In this document: one piece after another, positions 50,457 through 59,570 of the stretch | Numbering within the stretch: position 1 is the stretch's first letter | Layout: each line of letters opens with the position of its first letter | Assembly: GCA_038231435.1 (NCBI GenBank) | Contig: JBBRLJ010000003.1 | Span: forward strand, 1 to 64,000 | Reading direction: 5' to 3' | Source: Planctomycetota bacterium | GTDB taxonomy: Bacteria > Planctomycetota > UBA11346 | DNA: 64,000 bases | Position numbers and translations under genes: made by a program | Notes under the pieces: model-generated | What the model was told of the DNA's origin: nothing | Seen by the model: the letters and a program-made list of their open reading frames with translations, nothing else | Database searches by the model: none

Positions 50457-51251
50457 ATGAGCCGAGACACACCGGTGGCGAAGCGACGCGCGTCCGCCCG
50501 CTTCTTGTTCGCGCAGATCGGCGAGGCGCGCGCCGGAGCAACGGTCGAGAGCCACAGTCACCCGTTCTGGCAACTCGAATACCTGACCGCCGGGCGCGCC
50601 GTGGTCAGCCTCCGCGGCGGAGACGTCCCTCTCGCGCGCGGCTCGGTGTTGCTCATCCCTCCCGACGCCGAGCACGGTTTCGCGTACGCCGCCGCGGGCA
50701 CGGCGTGGCTGTCGATCAAGTTCTCGGCCGACGGCTTCGACGCTCGCGCCGCGGGCCTGGTGCGTACCGCCGAAGCCGTCCCCCTCGCGGATACCCTGCT
50801 TCAGTGGTGCGCGGATGGGGCGCCGGCCGCACATGCGCGCGAGCCGCTCGACCACCTGCTGAGTGCCATGCTCGAGCTGGGAGCGCGGCCAGCCCCGCGC
50901 AGCGAGCGCCAGCCCACGGTGGCGGAACGCGTGCGCGCGCTCATCGACGGCCACGAAGGCCAGGCCTGGACCGTCGCGGGCGTGGCACGCGCGCTGCGCT
51001 ATTCGCCCGGCCATTGCTCGGCGGCGTTTCGCGCCGAGAGCGGCCTGCCACTGAAGACCTACCTCGATCGTGCCCGCGCCGACCATGCCGCGCGCATGCT
51101 CACCTATTCGGATCTCGGCATCGGCGAGATCGCCGCGCTGATGGGCTTCGCCGATCCCTTCGTGTTCTCGCGCTTCTTCTCGCGCGTGCGGCGGCGTAGC
51201 CCCAGTGCGTTCCGCGCCCGGGCCCGCGGCGAGGCGCCGGCACACCGTTGA
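50457..51251 (+). CDS. AraC family transcriptional regulator
   Basis: HSHPFWQL cupin; IGEIAALMGFADPFVFSRFF...SPSAFR. Confidence 0.9.
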   Translation: MSRDTPVAKRRASARFLFAQIGEARAGATVESHSHPFWQLEYLTAGRAVVSLRGGDVPLARGSVLLIPPDAEHGFAYAAAGTAWLSIKFSADGFDARAAGLVRTAEAVPLADTLLQWCADGAPAAHAREPLDHLLSAMLELGARPAPRSERQPTVAERVRALIDGHEGQAWTVAGVARALRYSPGHCSAAFRAESGLPLKTYLDRARADHAARMLTYSDLGIGEIAALMGFADPFVFSRFFSRVRRRSPSAFRARARGEAPAHR

Positions 51252-51323
51252 AATCGACATGCGCTCCGTCGATCATGCCATGGGCGATCGACGCCGACGC
51301 TCATGCTGGCGGTCGAGGCACCC

Positions 51324-53183
51324 ATGACCGCCAGCTCCGCCAACCGCTCGTCTTCTTCTCCTTCTTCTTCAAAAGCGGCTCTCACCCCGAGCGGGCCAGG
51401 AAGAAGCTTACCCGCCTGGAAGCTTCCCTACGCCCGCCTGCTCGAGCGCTGGTGCCGCGCGCTGCTCGCGCACCAGGTGCACGGCATGGGTCCGGGTCTG
51501 GACGGCGGCCTGCTCTGCCCGGCATGCGCGCGCGTGCATGGCCGCTGCGCCGATGCCGTGCATCCACTGCTGTGCCAGGCGTGGATCAGCGGGGACATGC
51601 GCTATCGCGACGCCGCCATCGCCTTGCTCGACTGGTCACAGGCGGTGAGCGGCGACGACGGCAGCTGGACCAACGAGATCAGCGGGCACGAGTGGAAGGG
51701 CATCACGGTCTTCAGCGTGATCGCGCTGGGCGAGGCGCTCCGCCATCATGGCGATCTGCTCAACAGGCCGACCTGCGCGCGATGGCGCGAGCGCCTGCGT
51801 CGCGGCGCCGACTACGTCCACGCCAACCTGACCATTGCCACCGGCAACATCAATTACCCGGTCGCCGCCGCGGCGGCGTTGGCAGTCTGCAGCGCGGTGC
51901 TTGGCGAGGCGCGCTACGCCAACCGCGCACGCGAACTGGCAGCTTCGTGCATGGAATTCTTCACCGCGCACGACTCCATCCCCTGGGGCGAGGGCTCCAA
52001 ACAGCCGTCGCCACGCGGCCTGCGCGCGGTCGACCTGGGCTACAACGTCGAGGAGACGCTGCCGAACCTGGGATTGTACGCATCGATCCTCGGTGACAGC
52101 GCCGTCCTCGATGTGGTCGAACGTTCATGGCGCGTCCACCTCGAATTCATGCTGCCGGACGGCGGCTGGGATGACAGCTGGGGGACGCGCCTGGCGAAAT
52201 GGACCTGGTGGGGCAGCCGCACCTCCGATGGTTGCGCGGGCGGACTGTTGTTGTTCGCCAATCACGACGCGACATTCGCCGAGGCGGCGGCGCGCAATCT
52301 TGCGCTGCTCGAGCGCTGCACCCACGACGGCCTCCTCTACGGAGGCCCGCACCATCACGCGCGCGGTTTCGCCCCATGCATCCACCACACCTTCTGCCAC
52401 GCGCGCTCGATCGCCGCGGCGCTCGATCTCGGCGTCGATCCTGCAGCGAACCGGATCTCTGCCCCCGCCCAAGGCGTGCGCTCGTACCCTGATCTAGCGA
52501 CCTGGATCGTCCGCCGCGGCCCGTGGCGGGCGACCCTGACCGCGAGCGACACGATGAATCCCGATGTGCTGAGCAGTCATCCGAGCGGAGGATCGTTGTC
52601 GCTGCTGTGGCACGAGCGCACCGGGCCGCTGCTGTGCGCGAGCATGGCGGAGTTCCGCCTGGTCGAGCCGAGCAACATGCAGACCGCGCGGCGCGCGAGC
52701 GACATGGCGACAGCGACGCCACGACTGGAATGCGACATCGACGGCACCGTCTATCGCACGGACCTCGACATCCAGGCCGAGGTGGCGGTCGTCGACGAGC
52801 GCACGCTTGAGGTACGTGCTCGCCTGGTCGATTCCAGGCATGCCGATCCAGCAACGGGCCCGCTGCGTGCCGTCACGACCTACCGATTCTCGGCCGAGGC
52901 TTTAGAGATCGACGTGCGCGCCGATGCGAGCTACGCCGCGCACGTCCGACTGGTGTTGCCCGTGGTCTCGCTCGCCGACGAGCCCCTGCGAGCGATCGCG
53001 GGCGGCATCGAGCTGGTCAAGCCTGGCGCCGTGGTCACCGTTTCTGCCATCAACGCCGACGGCGACGCAGCTCCTCAGCCACTCCCCGCCGGTCGGGTCT
53101 TCAACCAGGTTCCCGGTTTCGAGGCCGTGCCACTGTCCTACGGGGTCGGTCGAGGGCTGCGATTGCGCCTTTCGGTGCGATGA
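51324..53183 (+). CDS. Hypothetical protein, possibly a carbohydrate-active alpha-toroid plus beta-sandwich fold
   Basis: Helical N-half with NINY, DLGYNVEE and PDGGWD.SWG.R..KW motifs; beta-rich C-half. Confidence 0.6.
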   Translation: MTASSANRSSSSPSSSKAALTPSGPGRSLPAWKLPYARLLERWCRALLAHQVHGMGPGLDGGLLCPACARVHGRCADAVHPLLCQAWISGDMRYRDAAIALLDWSQAVSGDDGSWTNEISGHEWKGITVFSVIALGEALRHHGDLLNRPTCARWRERLRRGADYVHANLTIATGNINYPVAAAAALAVCSAVLGEARYANRARELAASCMEFFTAHDSIPWGEGSKQPSPRGLRAVDLGYNVEETLPNLGLYASILGDSAVLDVVERSWRVHLEFMLPDGGWDDSWGTRLAKWTWWGSRTSDGCAGGLLLFANHDATFAEAAARNLALLERCTHDGLLYGGPHHHARGFAPCIHHTFCHARSIAAALDLGVDPAANRISAPAQGVRSYPDLATWIVRRGPWRATLTASDTMNPDVLSSHPSGGSLSLLWHERTGPLLCASMAEFRLVEPSNMQTARRASDMATATPRLECDIDGTVYRTDLDIQAEVAVVDERTLEVRARLVDSRHADPATGPLRAVTTYRFSAEALEIDVRADASYAAHVRLVLPVVSLADEPLRAIAGGIELVKPGAVVTVSAINADGDAAPQPLPAGRVFNQVPGFEAVPLSYGVGRGLRLRLSVR

Positions 53184-53338
53184 TCATGACCATATTTGAC
53201 ATCATAAAGACCAGCTCGGGTATGTAATGCTGGATTCATCGATTAAGATGCCATTCATCTGCCGAAGCATATGACCATATCCACTGTGTGGCGAACGAAC
53301 TTTTCGCGACGCGGTCCGGACGCCGGCCCAGGAGCCAC

Positions 53339-54178
53339 ATGACCAACGCGACCGCTACCTCCGCCAAGCCCCTGACCGACGCCCAGACCAAGCACTTCGC
53401 CGAGCGCGGCTACCTGGTGCTCGACGGCTTCATCCCGCAGCCTCTCAACGACCTGCTCAAGCGCGAGATCGACACCTGGCTCGCCGCCGCCAAGGGCGAC
53501 GACGACCGCTACGCGACGCCGACGGGCGAGGCGCCTAAGCGTCCTCTGCAGATCGAACTGCCGGAGCACGGCAAGCTCGTCAGCCATCCGCCCCTGATGG
53601 ACATCATGGAGCAGCTGATGGGGCCGGGCTTCGGCTACCATCACCTCCACACCGCGCGCCACGACGCCGGCTGCGACGGCGTGAACTGGCACCACGACTA
53701 CGAGCAATACCCGCAGGCCAACCGTTCGCACCTGATGACGCACGTCTTCTACTACCTCAATGGGCTCGACGGCACCGTCGGCGATCTGCTCGCGCTGCCG
53801 GGGACGCAGAACCTGGTGATGGAGCGCAACGCCTACTCGGTGTGCGGTACCGGCACGCTCCCCGGCGAGATGGTGTTCGACAACCTCTCGCCCGGTTCGG
53901 CGGTGATCGTCCACTCGGCATTGCTGCACGCCCGTCGCGCCAAGCCGGGGGGCGAGGGCAAGGCGCGCTACTTCATCGACTGCTCGTACTGCCAAGCTGG
54001 CACCGCCTGGCCGGCGTCATGGAACTACAAACAGCAGTTCGCGCGCGCGCGCGAACTCGGCCTCGATCGCGGCGGCCGATACGCCCATCTCTTCGACGAA
54101 GCAACCTTCTTCGATCCGCAGAAGGGCATGGAGAAATTGCGCGCGATCAACAAGGGCAGCCTGGTGCAACGACTCTAG
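53339..54178 (+). CDS. Phytanoyl-CoA dioxygenase (PhyH) family Fe(II)/2OG enzyme
   Basis: LTDAQ..HF.ERGYLV, WHHD, G.L.ALPGT, PGS..I.HS.LLH; AGGAG RBS. Confidence 0.88.
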   Translation: MTNATATSAKPLTDAQTKHFAERGYLVLDGFIPQPLNDLLKREIDTWLAAAKGDDDRYATPTGEAPKRPLQIELPEHGKLVSHPPLMDIMEQLMGPGFGYHHLHTARHDAGCDGVNWHHDYEQYPQANRSHLMTHVFYYLNGLDGTVGDLLALPGTQNLVMERNAYSVCGTGTLPGEMVFDNLSPGSAVIVHSALLHARRAKPGGEGKARYFIDCSYCQAGTAWPASWNYKQQFARARELGLDRGGRYAHLFDEATFFDPQKGMEKLRAINKGSLVQRL

Positions 54179-54318
54179 GAGCACCACTGGTGCAGGCTCT
54201 AATAGGACTCTAAATACGTTTTAATACAGTGCTTTAGTGACTTCGGCACGATCCGCGCGATGCCGGCGCGGCTGGACGCGCGGCCCTGACGAAGCACTAT
54301 CAGGGCTGGAGAGCCGAC

Positions 54319-55122
54319 ATGCAACTCACGCAGGAGCAACGAACCAGCTTCATCAGCGACGGTTACGTGTGCGTGCCGGGCGCGGTCCCACGCGCGCAGG
54401 TCGACGCGGTGGTGCGCGCCATCAACCACGATATCGGCAAAGGCATTGATCCGGCGATGCTGCCGACGTACCGCGTCCAGAGCTACTGCCCGTCGCTGGT
54501 GTCGACTCCGCTGGTGACTGGGCTGTTCAACGATTCGCCAGCGATGGCACTGTTCCAATCCGCGCTCGGCGCGGGCCGGGTGAAGCCGGTCACTGGTTCG
54601 CAGATCGCCTTGCGCTTCCCCGGCAGCGCCAATCCGCCGATCAACCCGCCTATCAACTCGCCCAAGCTCAACCCGCCGCACGTCGACGGCATCTCCAACG
54701 CCGAAGGCACCAACGGCGTGCCCAAGGGCAGCATTGCCAACTTCACCGCGCTCGCCTGCATCCTGCTGAGCGATCTACCCGAGCCGCTGTCGGGCAATTT
54801 CATGGTCTGGCCTGGTACCCACCGCAGCAACGCCGCGCATCTGCGCGTGCATGGCTCGCGGGCGCTCTTGCACGGCATGCCGAATACCAACTTGCCCGAG
54901 CCGGTGCAGATCACTGGCCGCGCCGGAGACCTGATCATAGCTCATTACCTGCTGGGCCACAGCGTGGCTCCGCACCTCTCGCCGCACATCCGCTACGCCT
55001 GCTTCTTCCGCGTCGAAACCATCGATCACGAGGAGACGCGCGAAGCGTCGCTCACCGACGAATGGCTCGAGTGGCACGGATTGCGCGACCTCCATTGCAG
55101 GGGCTTAGCCCCTACGGCCTGA
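54319..55122 (+). CDS. PhyH family Fe(II)/2OG dioxygenase
   Basis: LTQEQ..SF..DGY, PHVD, GNFMVWPGTH, AGDLII.H..LGH. Confidence 0.88.
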   Translation: MQLTQEQRTSFISDGYVCVPGAVPRAQVDAVVRAINHDIGKGIDPAMLPTYRVQSYCPSLVSTPLVTGLFNDSPAMALFQSALGAGRVKPVTGSQIALRFPGSANPPINPPINSPKLNPPHVDGISNAEGTNGVPKGSIANFTALACILLSDLPEPLSGNFMVWPGTHRSNAAHLRVHGSRALLHGMPNTNLPEPVQITGRAGDLIIAHYLLGHSVAPHLSPHIRYACFFRVETIDHEETREASLTDEWLEWHGLRDLHCRGLAPTA

Positions 55123-55149
55123 CGGCCTACCCCACGGGCTTGGTCGTGG
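55098..55149 (-). repeat. Partial family 1 element (3' tail)
   Basis: Reverse complement CCACGACCAAGCCCGTGGGGTAGGCCGTCAGGCCGTAGGGGCTAAGCCCCTG resembles the tail of copy B; overlaps the PhyH stop codon. Confidence 0.75.
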
Positions 55150-55234
55150 AGCGACGGGGCCCCGGGGTAGGCATGTCAGATGATGGGCGACGTCGTCCGT
55201 GCATTGGGGTCTGCGAGAGAACTCCCGGAATTAC

Positions 55235-56029
55235 TCAGCTGGGACGGACAGTGCTCGGAGCGCTGCCGTGGCGGGCGCGCCAGGCGCGCGTGAGATCCGC
55301 GCGACGCGCGAATCCCGCCTGCTCCGCCGCCTCGGCGACGCTCGCGCCTTCGTCCAGCAGGTGGCGCGCCATGCCCAGGCGCAGCTGCAGGATCATCTGC
55401 TTGGGCGAGGCACGGAAGAACGCCTTGAACACCGCGTGCGCCTGGCTGGGGCCGAGCCCGCTGGCCGCGAGGATGCGGCGCGTCGTCAATCCTGGCGTCA
55501 TCGGCCACAACGCCGCAGTCATGCGATCGAGCGCTGGATTCGGATAACTCATGGTCGCGAGGCGTTCGGCCGCCAGGCCACGGCACAGCCGCCGCCCCAA
55601 CTCCCGGCGATCGTCCGCCGACGAGCTGCGGGTAAGGCGCTCGCACCAGCCATGGTACGGCTGCAGCGGTGCGCGGCCCCAGACCCGCACGCCGTCGCCG
55701 CGCACCTCGAAGTCGGTCACGTCGCTCACCGCGCCGATGTCGATGTACTGCGCCTTCGCCCGCAGCGGCGCGTGGCGGTGGCGCGTCGCCGGAGGGATCG
55801 CCAACGCCTCACCGGCGAGCAGGTCGTGGCTGCCCTGGGGGCCGCCCTCGATGCGCACCGCGCCCGCGAGGCAGACGACCACCGTCGGGATGTGATGGAG
55901 ATGATCGCCGACGTCGCGTGGGCAGGAACGCGCGACCCAGCGGTCGGCGCGCCCGAGGCTCTCGCCCGCAGCTGCCAACCGTGCCATCGCCCGCGCCAGA
56001 TCCGGGTCATGCAACGAAGTGGCCGCCAT
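55235..56029 (-). CDS. AraC family transcriptional regulator
   Basis: HLHHIP cupin; FKAFF..SP......LRL..AR.LL....SVAEAAEQAGF...LTRAW...G.AP. Confidence 0.82.
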   Translation of the reverse strand: MAATSLHDPDLARAMARLAAAGESLGRADRWVARSCPRDVGDHLHHIPTVVVCLAGAVRIEGGPQGSHDLLAGEALAIPPATRHRHAPLRAKAQYIDIGAVSDVTDFEVRGDGVRVWGRAPLQPYHGWCERLTRSSSADDRRELGRRLCRGLAAERLATMSYPNPALDRMTAALWPMTPGLTTRRILAASGLGPSQAHAVFKAFFRASPKQMILQLRLGMARHLLDEGASVAEAAEQAGFARRADLTRAWRARHGSAPSTVRPS

Positions 56030-56151
56030 GCGGGCAGCATAGGACCATAACCTACGGTCTCAATCGCAGTTCGTGTACCCAGGATCGCGAGAGGACCGGC
56101 CTCCGCCCACTCCCGGTGCGTAAGCATTGGGGCAACCAGCCGGAGCTTGCC

Positions 56152-57015
56152 GTGATCACCATCCCGATCTCCCCGGACGAACGCCTCGCCGGAACCATCT
56201 CGGACACCCACCTGTGCGAAGCCGTCGCGGCGATGCGCGAGGATGGCGCGGTGGTGCTCGAGGGCGCGGTGGATCCCGTGCACGTCGCTGGCTTGCGCGA
56301 GCGGATGCTCGCCGACGTCGAGCGCGTGCTGGCGCGCACGGACGTGCCGTACAATTTCAACCGCGGCAACGTGCAGCAGTCTCCACCGCGCGCGGCGCGC
56401 TGGCTGTTCCGTGACGTGCTCTGCAACGAGCAGGCGATCGCCGTGACCCGCGCACTGCTCGGCCCGGGGCCCACCAACAACTTCTACAGCGGCAACACCG
56501 CCTTGCCGCACTCGAGCGAGCGCCAGCCGGTGCACGTCGATGGCGGGCATCTGTGGCCAGCCGATGCCGGATACACCCCGCCGAACGGCATCGTGGTCAA
56601 TCTGCCGCTGGTGGACATGGATGCCGGCAACGGTTCGACCGAACTCTGGCTCGGGTCGCATCGCGACCTCACCATGCATGTGTCCATGGATCTGCCGGTT
56701 CCAGCTGCCGCCATCGCCCAGCGCCGCGCGCACTGCCCGCCGCTGCAACCGCGTGTCGTGGCCGGAAGCCTGCTGCTGCGCGATCTCCGCCTGTGGCACG
56801 CGGGCATGCCGAACCCGAGCGCGTCGCCACGGCCGATGATCGCGATGATCCATTGGGCATCGTGGTGGCGGAATCAGGACGTGCTCGAGTTCCCGACAGA
56901 TGCCGAGCTGATCCTCGCTCATGGGGAATTGCGCACGAACGCCCGCTTCGTCGCGGGCGCGATCGACCACACGCTCCTGGACCATGCCTATGCATTCACT
57001 GGATCCGACGTCTAG
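56152..57015 (+). CDS. PhyH family Fe(II)/2OG dioxygenase
   Basis: RQPVHVD, VVNLPLVD...NGSTELWLGSH, GSLLLRDLRLWHAG.PN; GTG start after GGAG. Confidence 0.88.
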   Translation: MITIPISPDERLAGTISDTHLCEAVAAMREDGAVVLEGAVDPVHVAGLRERMLADVERVLARTDVPYNFNRGNVQQSPPRAARWLFRDVLCNEQAIAVTRALLGPGPTNNFYSGNTALPHSSERQPVHVDGGHLWPADAGYTPPNGIVVNLPLVDMDAGNGSTELWLGSHRDLTMHVSMDLPVPAAAIAQRRAHCPPLQPRVVAGSLLLRDLRLWHAGMPNPSASPRPMIAMIHWASWWRNQDVLEFPTDAELILAHGELRTNARFVAGAIDHTLLDHAYAFTGSDV

Positions 57016-57135
57016 ACGTCCAGTGGATCAGGCGGCTTGGTGCGCCACGGCCTCGCCAAGGAATCCTGGGCACCCGGGCTACCAAGCACCCGGCCGCTTC
57101 TTCCATACCACGCTCCTGCGGGTACGACGAGCAGC

Positions 57136-59436
57136 ATGCCGACACGTCGCCTGGTCATCTCGTGTTGCCTCGCGGTCTCGGCATGGTCGCTCGCCCCGCA
57201 GGCCGGGGCTCAGGACGACATGCGCCTGCGGGCGATCCGTGCGGCATCAGGCGAGGATGCAGGGATCGGCGCCGGCCGCGTGGCTCCGGCGCCGGCGCGC
57301 TCCAGCGGGTTCGCCAACCTGCTGCCGCCCGCGCCCTCGATCACCGGCGTCACCGCCACGCCAGCGGGCGCCGTCGGCCAGTTCACCAAGCTGGAGCTGA
57401 CCGTCGCGATGACCAATGCCGCCGGGACGTACGATCCGGATCCGGCGCACGCCGCGGGCGTCGACCTGAGCGGAACATTCATCGGCTCGGCCGGCGGATC
57501 CGCGCCACAGGTCATTCCCGGATTCTTCGACGGCACCGCGTGGAAGATCCGTTTCGCGCCCGACCAGCCGGGCGCCTGGACCTATCGCATCGATGTCACG
57601 ACCGCCGGAGGGTCCGCCGCCTTCACCACCGGCTCGTTCGCGTGCACGATATCCTCGGGCCATGGGTGGTTGCGCGCGTCGGGCACGCGCCTGGTCTTCA
57701 ACGACGGCACCGGCTTCATCGGCAATGGCCACAACAGTGGTTGGCAGACCGATGCTGAGACTCCGCCGCTCGCGCAGATGGCAGCTGGTGTCGAGAACCT
57801 GCTGAGCTTCTGGCTGGTACAGCCGTGGGCCTCGACCGATCCCGCGAGCGGCGGCAACTACAATCCGACGCGCGCGCCGATCGAGAACGCCTTCCACGGA
57901 CTCGGCAACTACGAGCAGCCGTCGTGCCAGTACATCGATGGCGTCGTGCAGCGCGCCGAGGCGGCCGGCGTCTATCTGCTGCCTTCGATCTGGGCGCATG
58001 ACCAGCTGCATACGCCCACCACCCCAGTGGCCGACGGCTGGCCCTCCTCCTGGGACAACAATCCCTACCAGACGATTTGCGCTCCGGCCGCGTTCTTCAC
58101 CCTGACCAGCGGCAGCGTGGACACGCCGCAGTGGACCTATCAGAAGAATTTCTACCGCTACCTCATCGCGCGCTGGGGCTACAGCACCGCGATCGCGGGC
58201 TGGGTCGCGGTGGTCGAGGCGGAAGGCACGACGGCGGGCGCGGCGAGCATGTCGCAGGCGTCCACGTGGAGCGCCGCCGTGAACAGCTGGTTCGCGGCCA
58301 TCGATCCGTTCCGGGGACCCGCGTCGACCTATCCCATGGGCATCAGCCGCAGCGACGGCTCCGCATCGGCGCTGACCTGGACGACCGGCTGCGGCCTGCG
58401 CGCGTACGATTCGTACCAGTCGAAGAACAGCGACACCGCCATCGGTGCAACGATCGCGACCCAGACCCGCACCATGCGTGGCGGCGGCGCGCCGGTCCTC
58501 CACAGCGAGTTCGGCGGCGATGTCTCGGGCGGCGCGAACCAGCCAGCGCATCTGCATGCAGGCTTGTGGGCGGGGCTCGCGGCCGGGTCCGCCATGACGC
58601 CGCTGTTGTGGACCGACGGCGGATCGTACCCCCTGCTGACCGATGCGACCTCGGGCGCGGCCATGCGCGACGAGTACGCGCGCCTGGCGCAGTTCGGCGC
58701 CACGATCCCCTGGGCCGCCGGTCCAGGCGTGGCCGAATCCGCGCTGACCATCAGCGGCGGAGCGACCTACGCAGCCTGGGGCATGCAGCTGGGCGATCGC
58801 GGCTGGGCCTGGATCCAGAATTCCGCCGGCACCATCTCGCCCCAGACCCTGACCGCGGCGGGGTGCTCGCCCGGCACCTACCGCGTCGCCTGGCACGATC
58901 CGTGGAGCGCCAGCGGCATCCCGATGGCCGTGGTCGCCCCCGTGGTGGTGGGCGGTGGCGGCATCCTGTCGGTCGGTGTTCCCGCCCACGCGCGCCGCGA
59001 CATCGCCTGCCGCTTCTGGCGCAATGCCGCACCCACCGCGAGTGCCCAGGCGGTCGCGATCGCGGGAGCCACCGCGATCACGCTCGCCGGCGCAGATGCG
59101 GATGGGGATGCGCTCGCCTTCGTCATCGCGACGCCTCCCGCCCACGGGACGCTCACCGGGACGCCTCCGTCCGTGACCTATGTGCCCGGCAGCGATTACG
59201 CCGGCAGCGATGTCTTCACCTTCACCACGGGCGACGGCCTGGCCTCGTCGGCGCCCGCCACCGTCACCCTCTCAACGGCGGCCGCGGCGACCTCGGGAAG
59301 CGGCGGCACCGCTCCGGGCATCGGTGGTGGTGGTGGTGGTGGTGGTGGCTGTGGCCTCGGTGGTCTGTTCGGCCTGGTCACGGTCCTGGCGCTCTTCGCG
59401 AGTCGCCGGGGCACGGGGCCCAGACCCCGTTCCTGA
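57136..59436 (+). CDS. Secreted DUF5060/GH5-like TIM-barrel protein with an Ig-like domain and C-terminal sorting tail
   Basis: GFFDG..WKIRFAP...G.W.Y, RYLIARWGYS, HSEFG, DADGD.L...P.HGTL...Y.P...G.D.FTF, poly-Gly-Cys-TM-basic end. Confidence 0.78.
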   Translation: MPTRRLVISCCLAVSAWSLAPQAGAQDDMRLRAIRAASGEDAGIGAGRVAPAPARSSGFANLLPPAPSITGVTATPAGAVGQFTKLELTVAMTNAAGTYDPDPAHAAGVDLSGTFIGSAGGSAPQVIPGFFDGTAWKIRFAPDQPGAWTYRIDVTTAGGSAAFTTGSFACTISSGHGWLRASGTRLVFNDGTGFIGNGHNSGWQTDAETPPLAQMAAGVENLLSFWLVQPWASTDPASGGNYNPTRAPIENAFHGLGNYEQPSCQYIDGVVQRAEAAGVYLLPSIWAHDQLHTPTTPVADGWPSSWDNNPYQTICAPAAFFTLTSGSVDTPQWTYQKNFYRYLIARWGYSTAIAGWVAVVEAEGTTAGAASMSQASTWSAAVNSWFAAIDPFRGPASTYPMGISRSDGSASALTWTTGCGLRAYDSYQSKNSDTAIGATIATQTRTMRGGGAPVLHSEFGGDVSGGANQPAHLHAGLWAGLAAGSAMTPLLWTDGGSYPLLTDATSGAAMRDEYARLAQFGATIPWAAGPGVAESALTISGGATYAAWGMQLGDRGWAWIQNSAGTISPQTLTAAGCSPGTYRVAWHDPWSASGIPMAVVAPVVVGGGGILSVGVPAHARRDIACRFWRNAAPTASAQAVAIAGATAITLAGADADGDALAFVIATPPAHGTLTGTPPSVTYVPGSDYAGSDVFTFTTGDGLASSAPATVTLSTAAAATSGSGGTAPGIGGGGGGGGGCGLGGLFGLVTVLALFASRRGTGPRPRS

Positions 59437-59570
59437 CTCCCTGACCGGCCGAACTCAGCGCGCCGGGCCGGCTTCGGATCAGCGCGCGACTTTCCCCTGT
59501 CGCATGCCGTAGCATATGGAACGGCTTCCGCTTACGCCGTCACAGGCTCGTCCTGGCGGCGTTTCCGCAC

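Noticed and set aside
53196..53228. Sigma-70 promoter from TTGACA at 53196
   Set aside because: No convincing -10 hexamer at 16-18 nt spacing, so it was not called.
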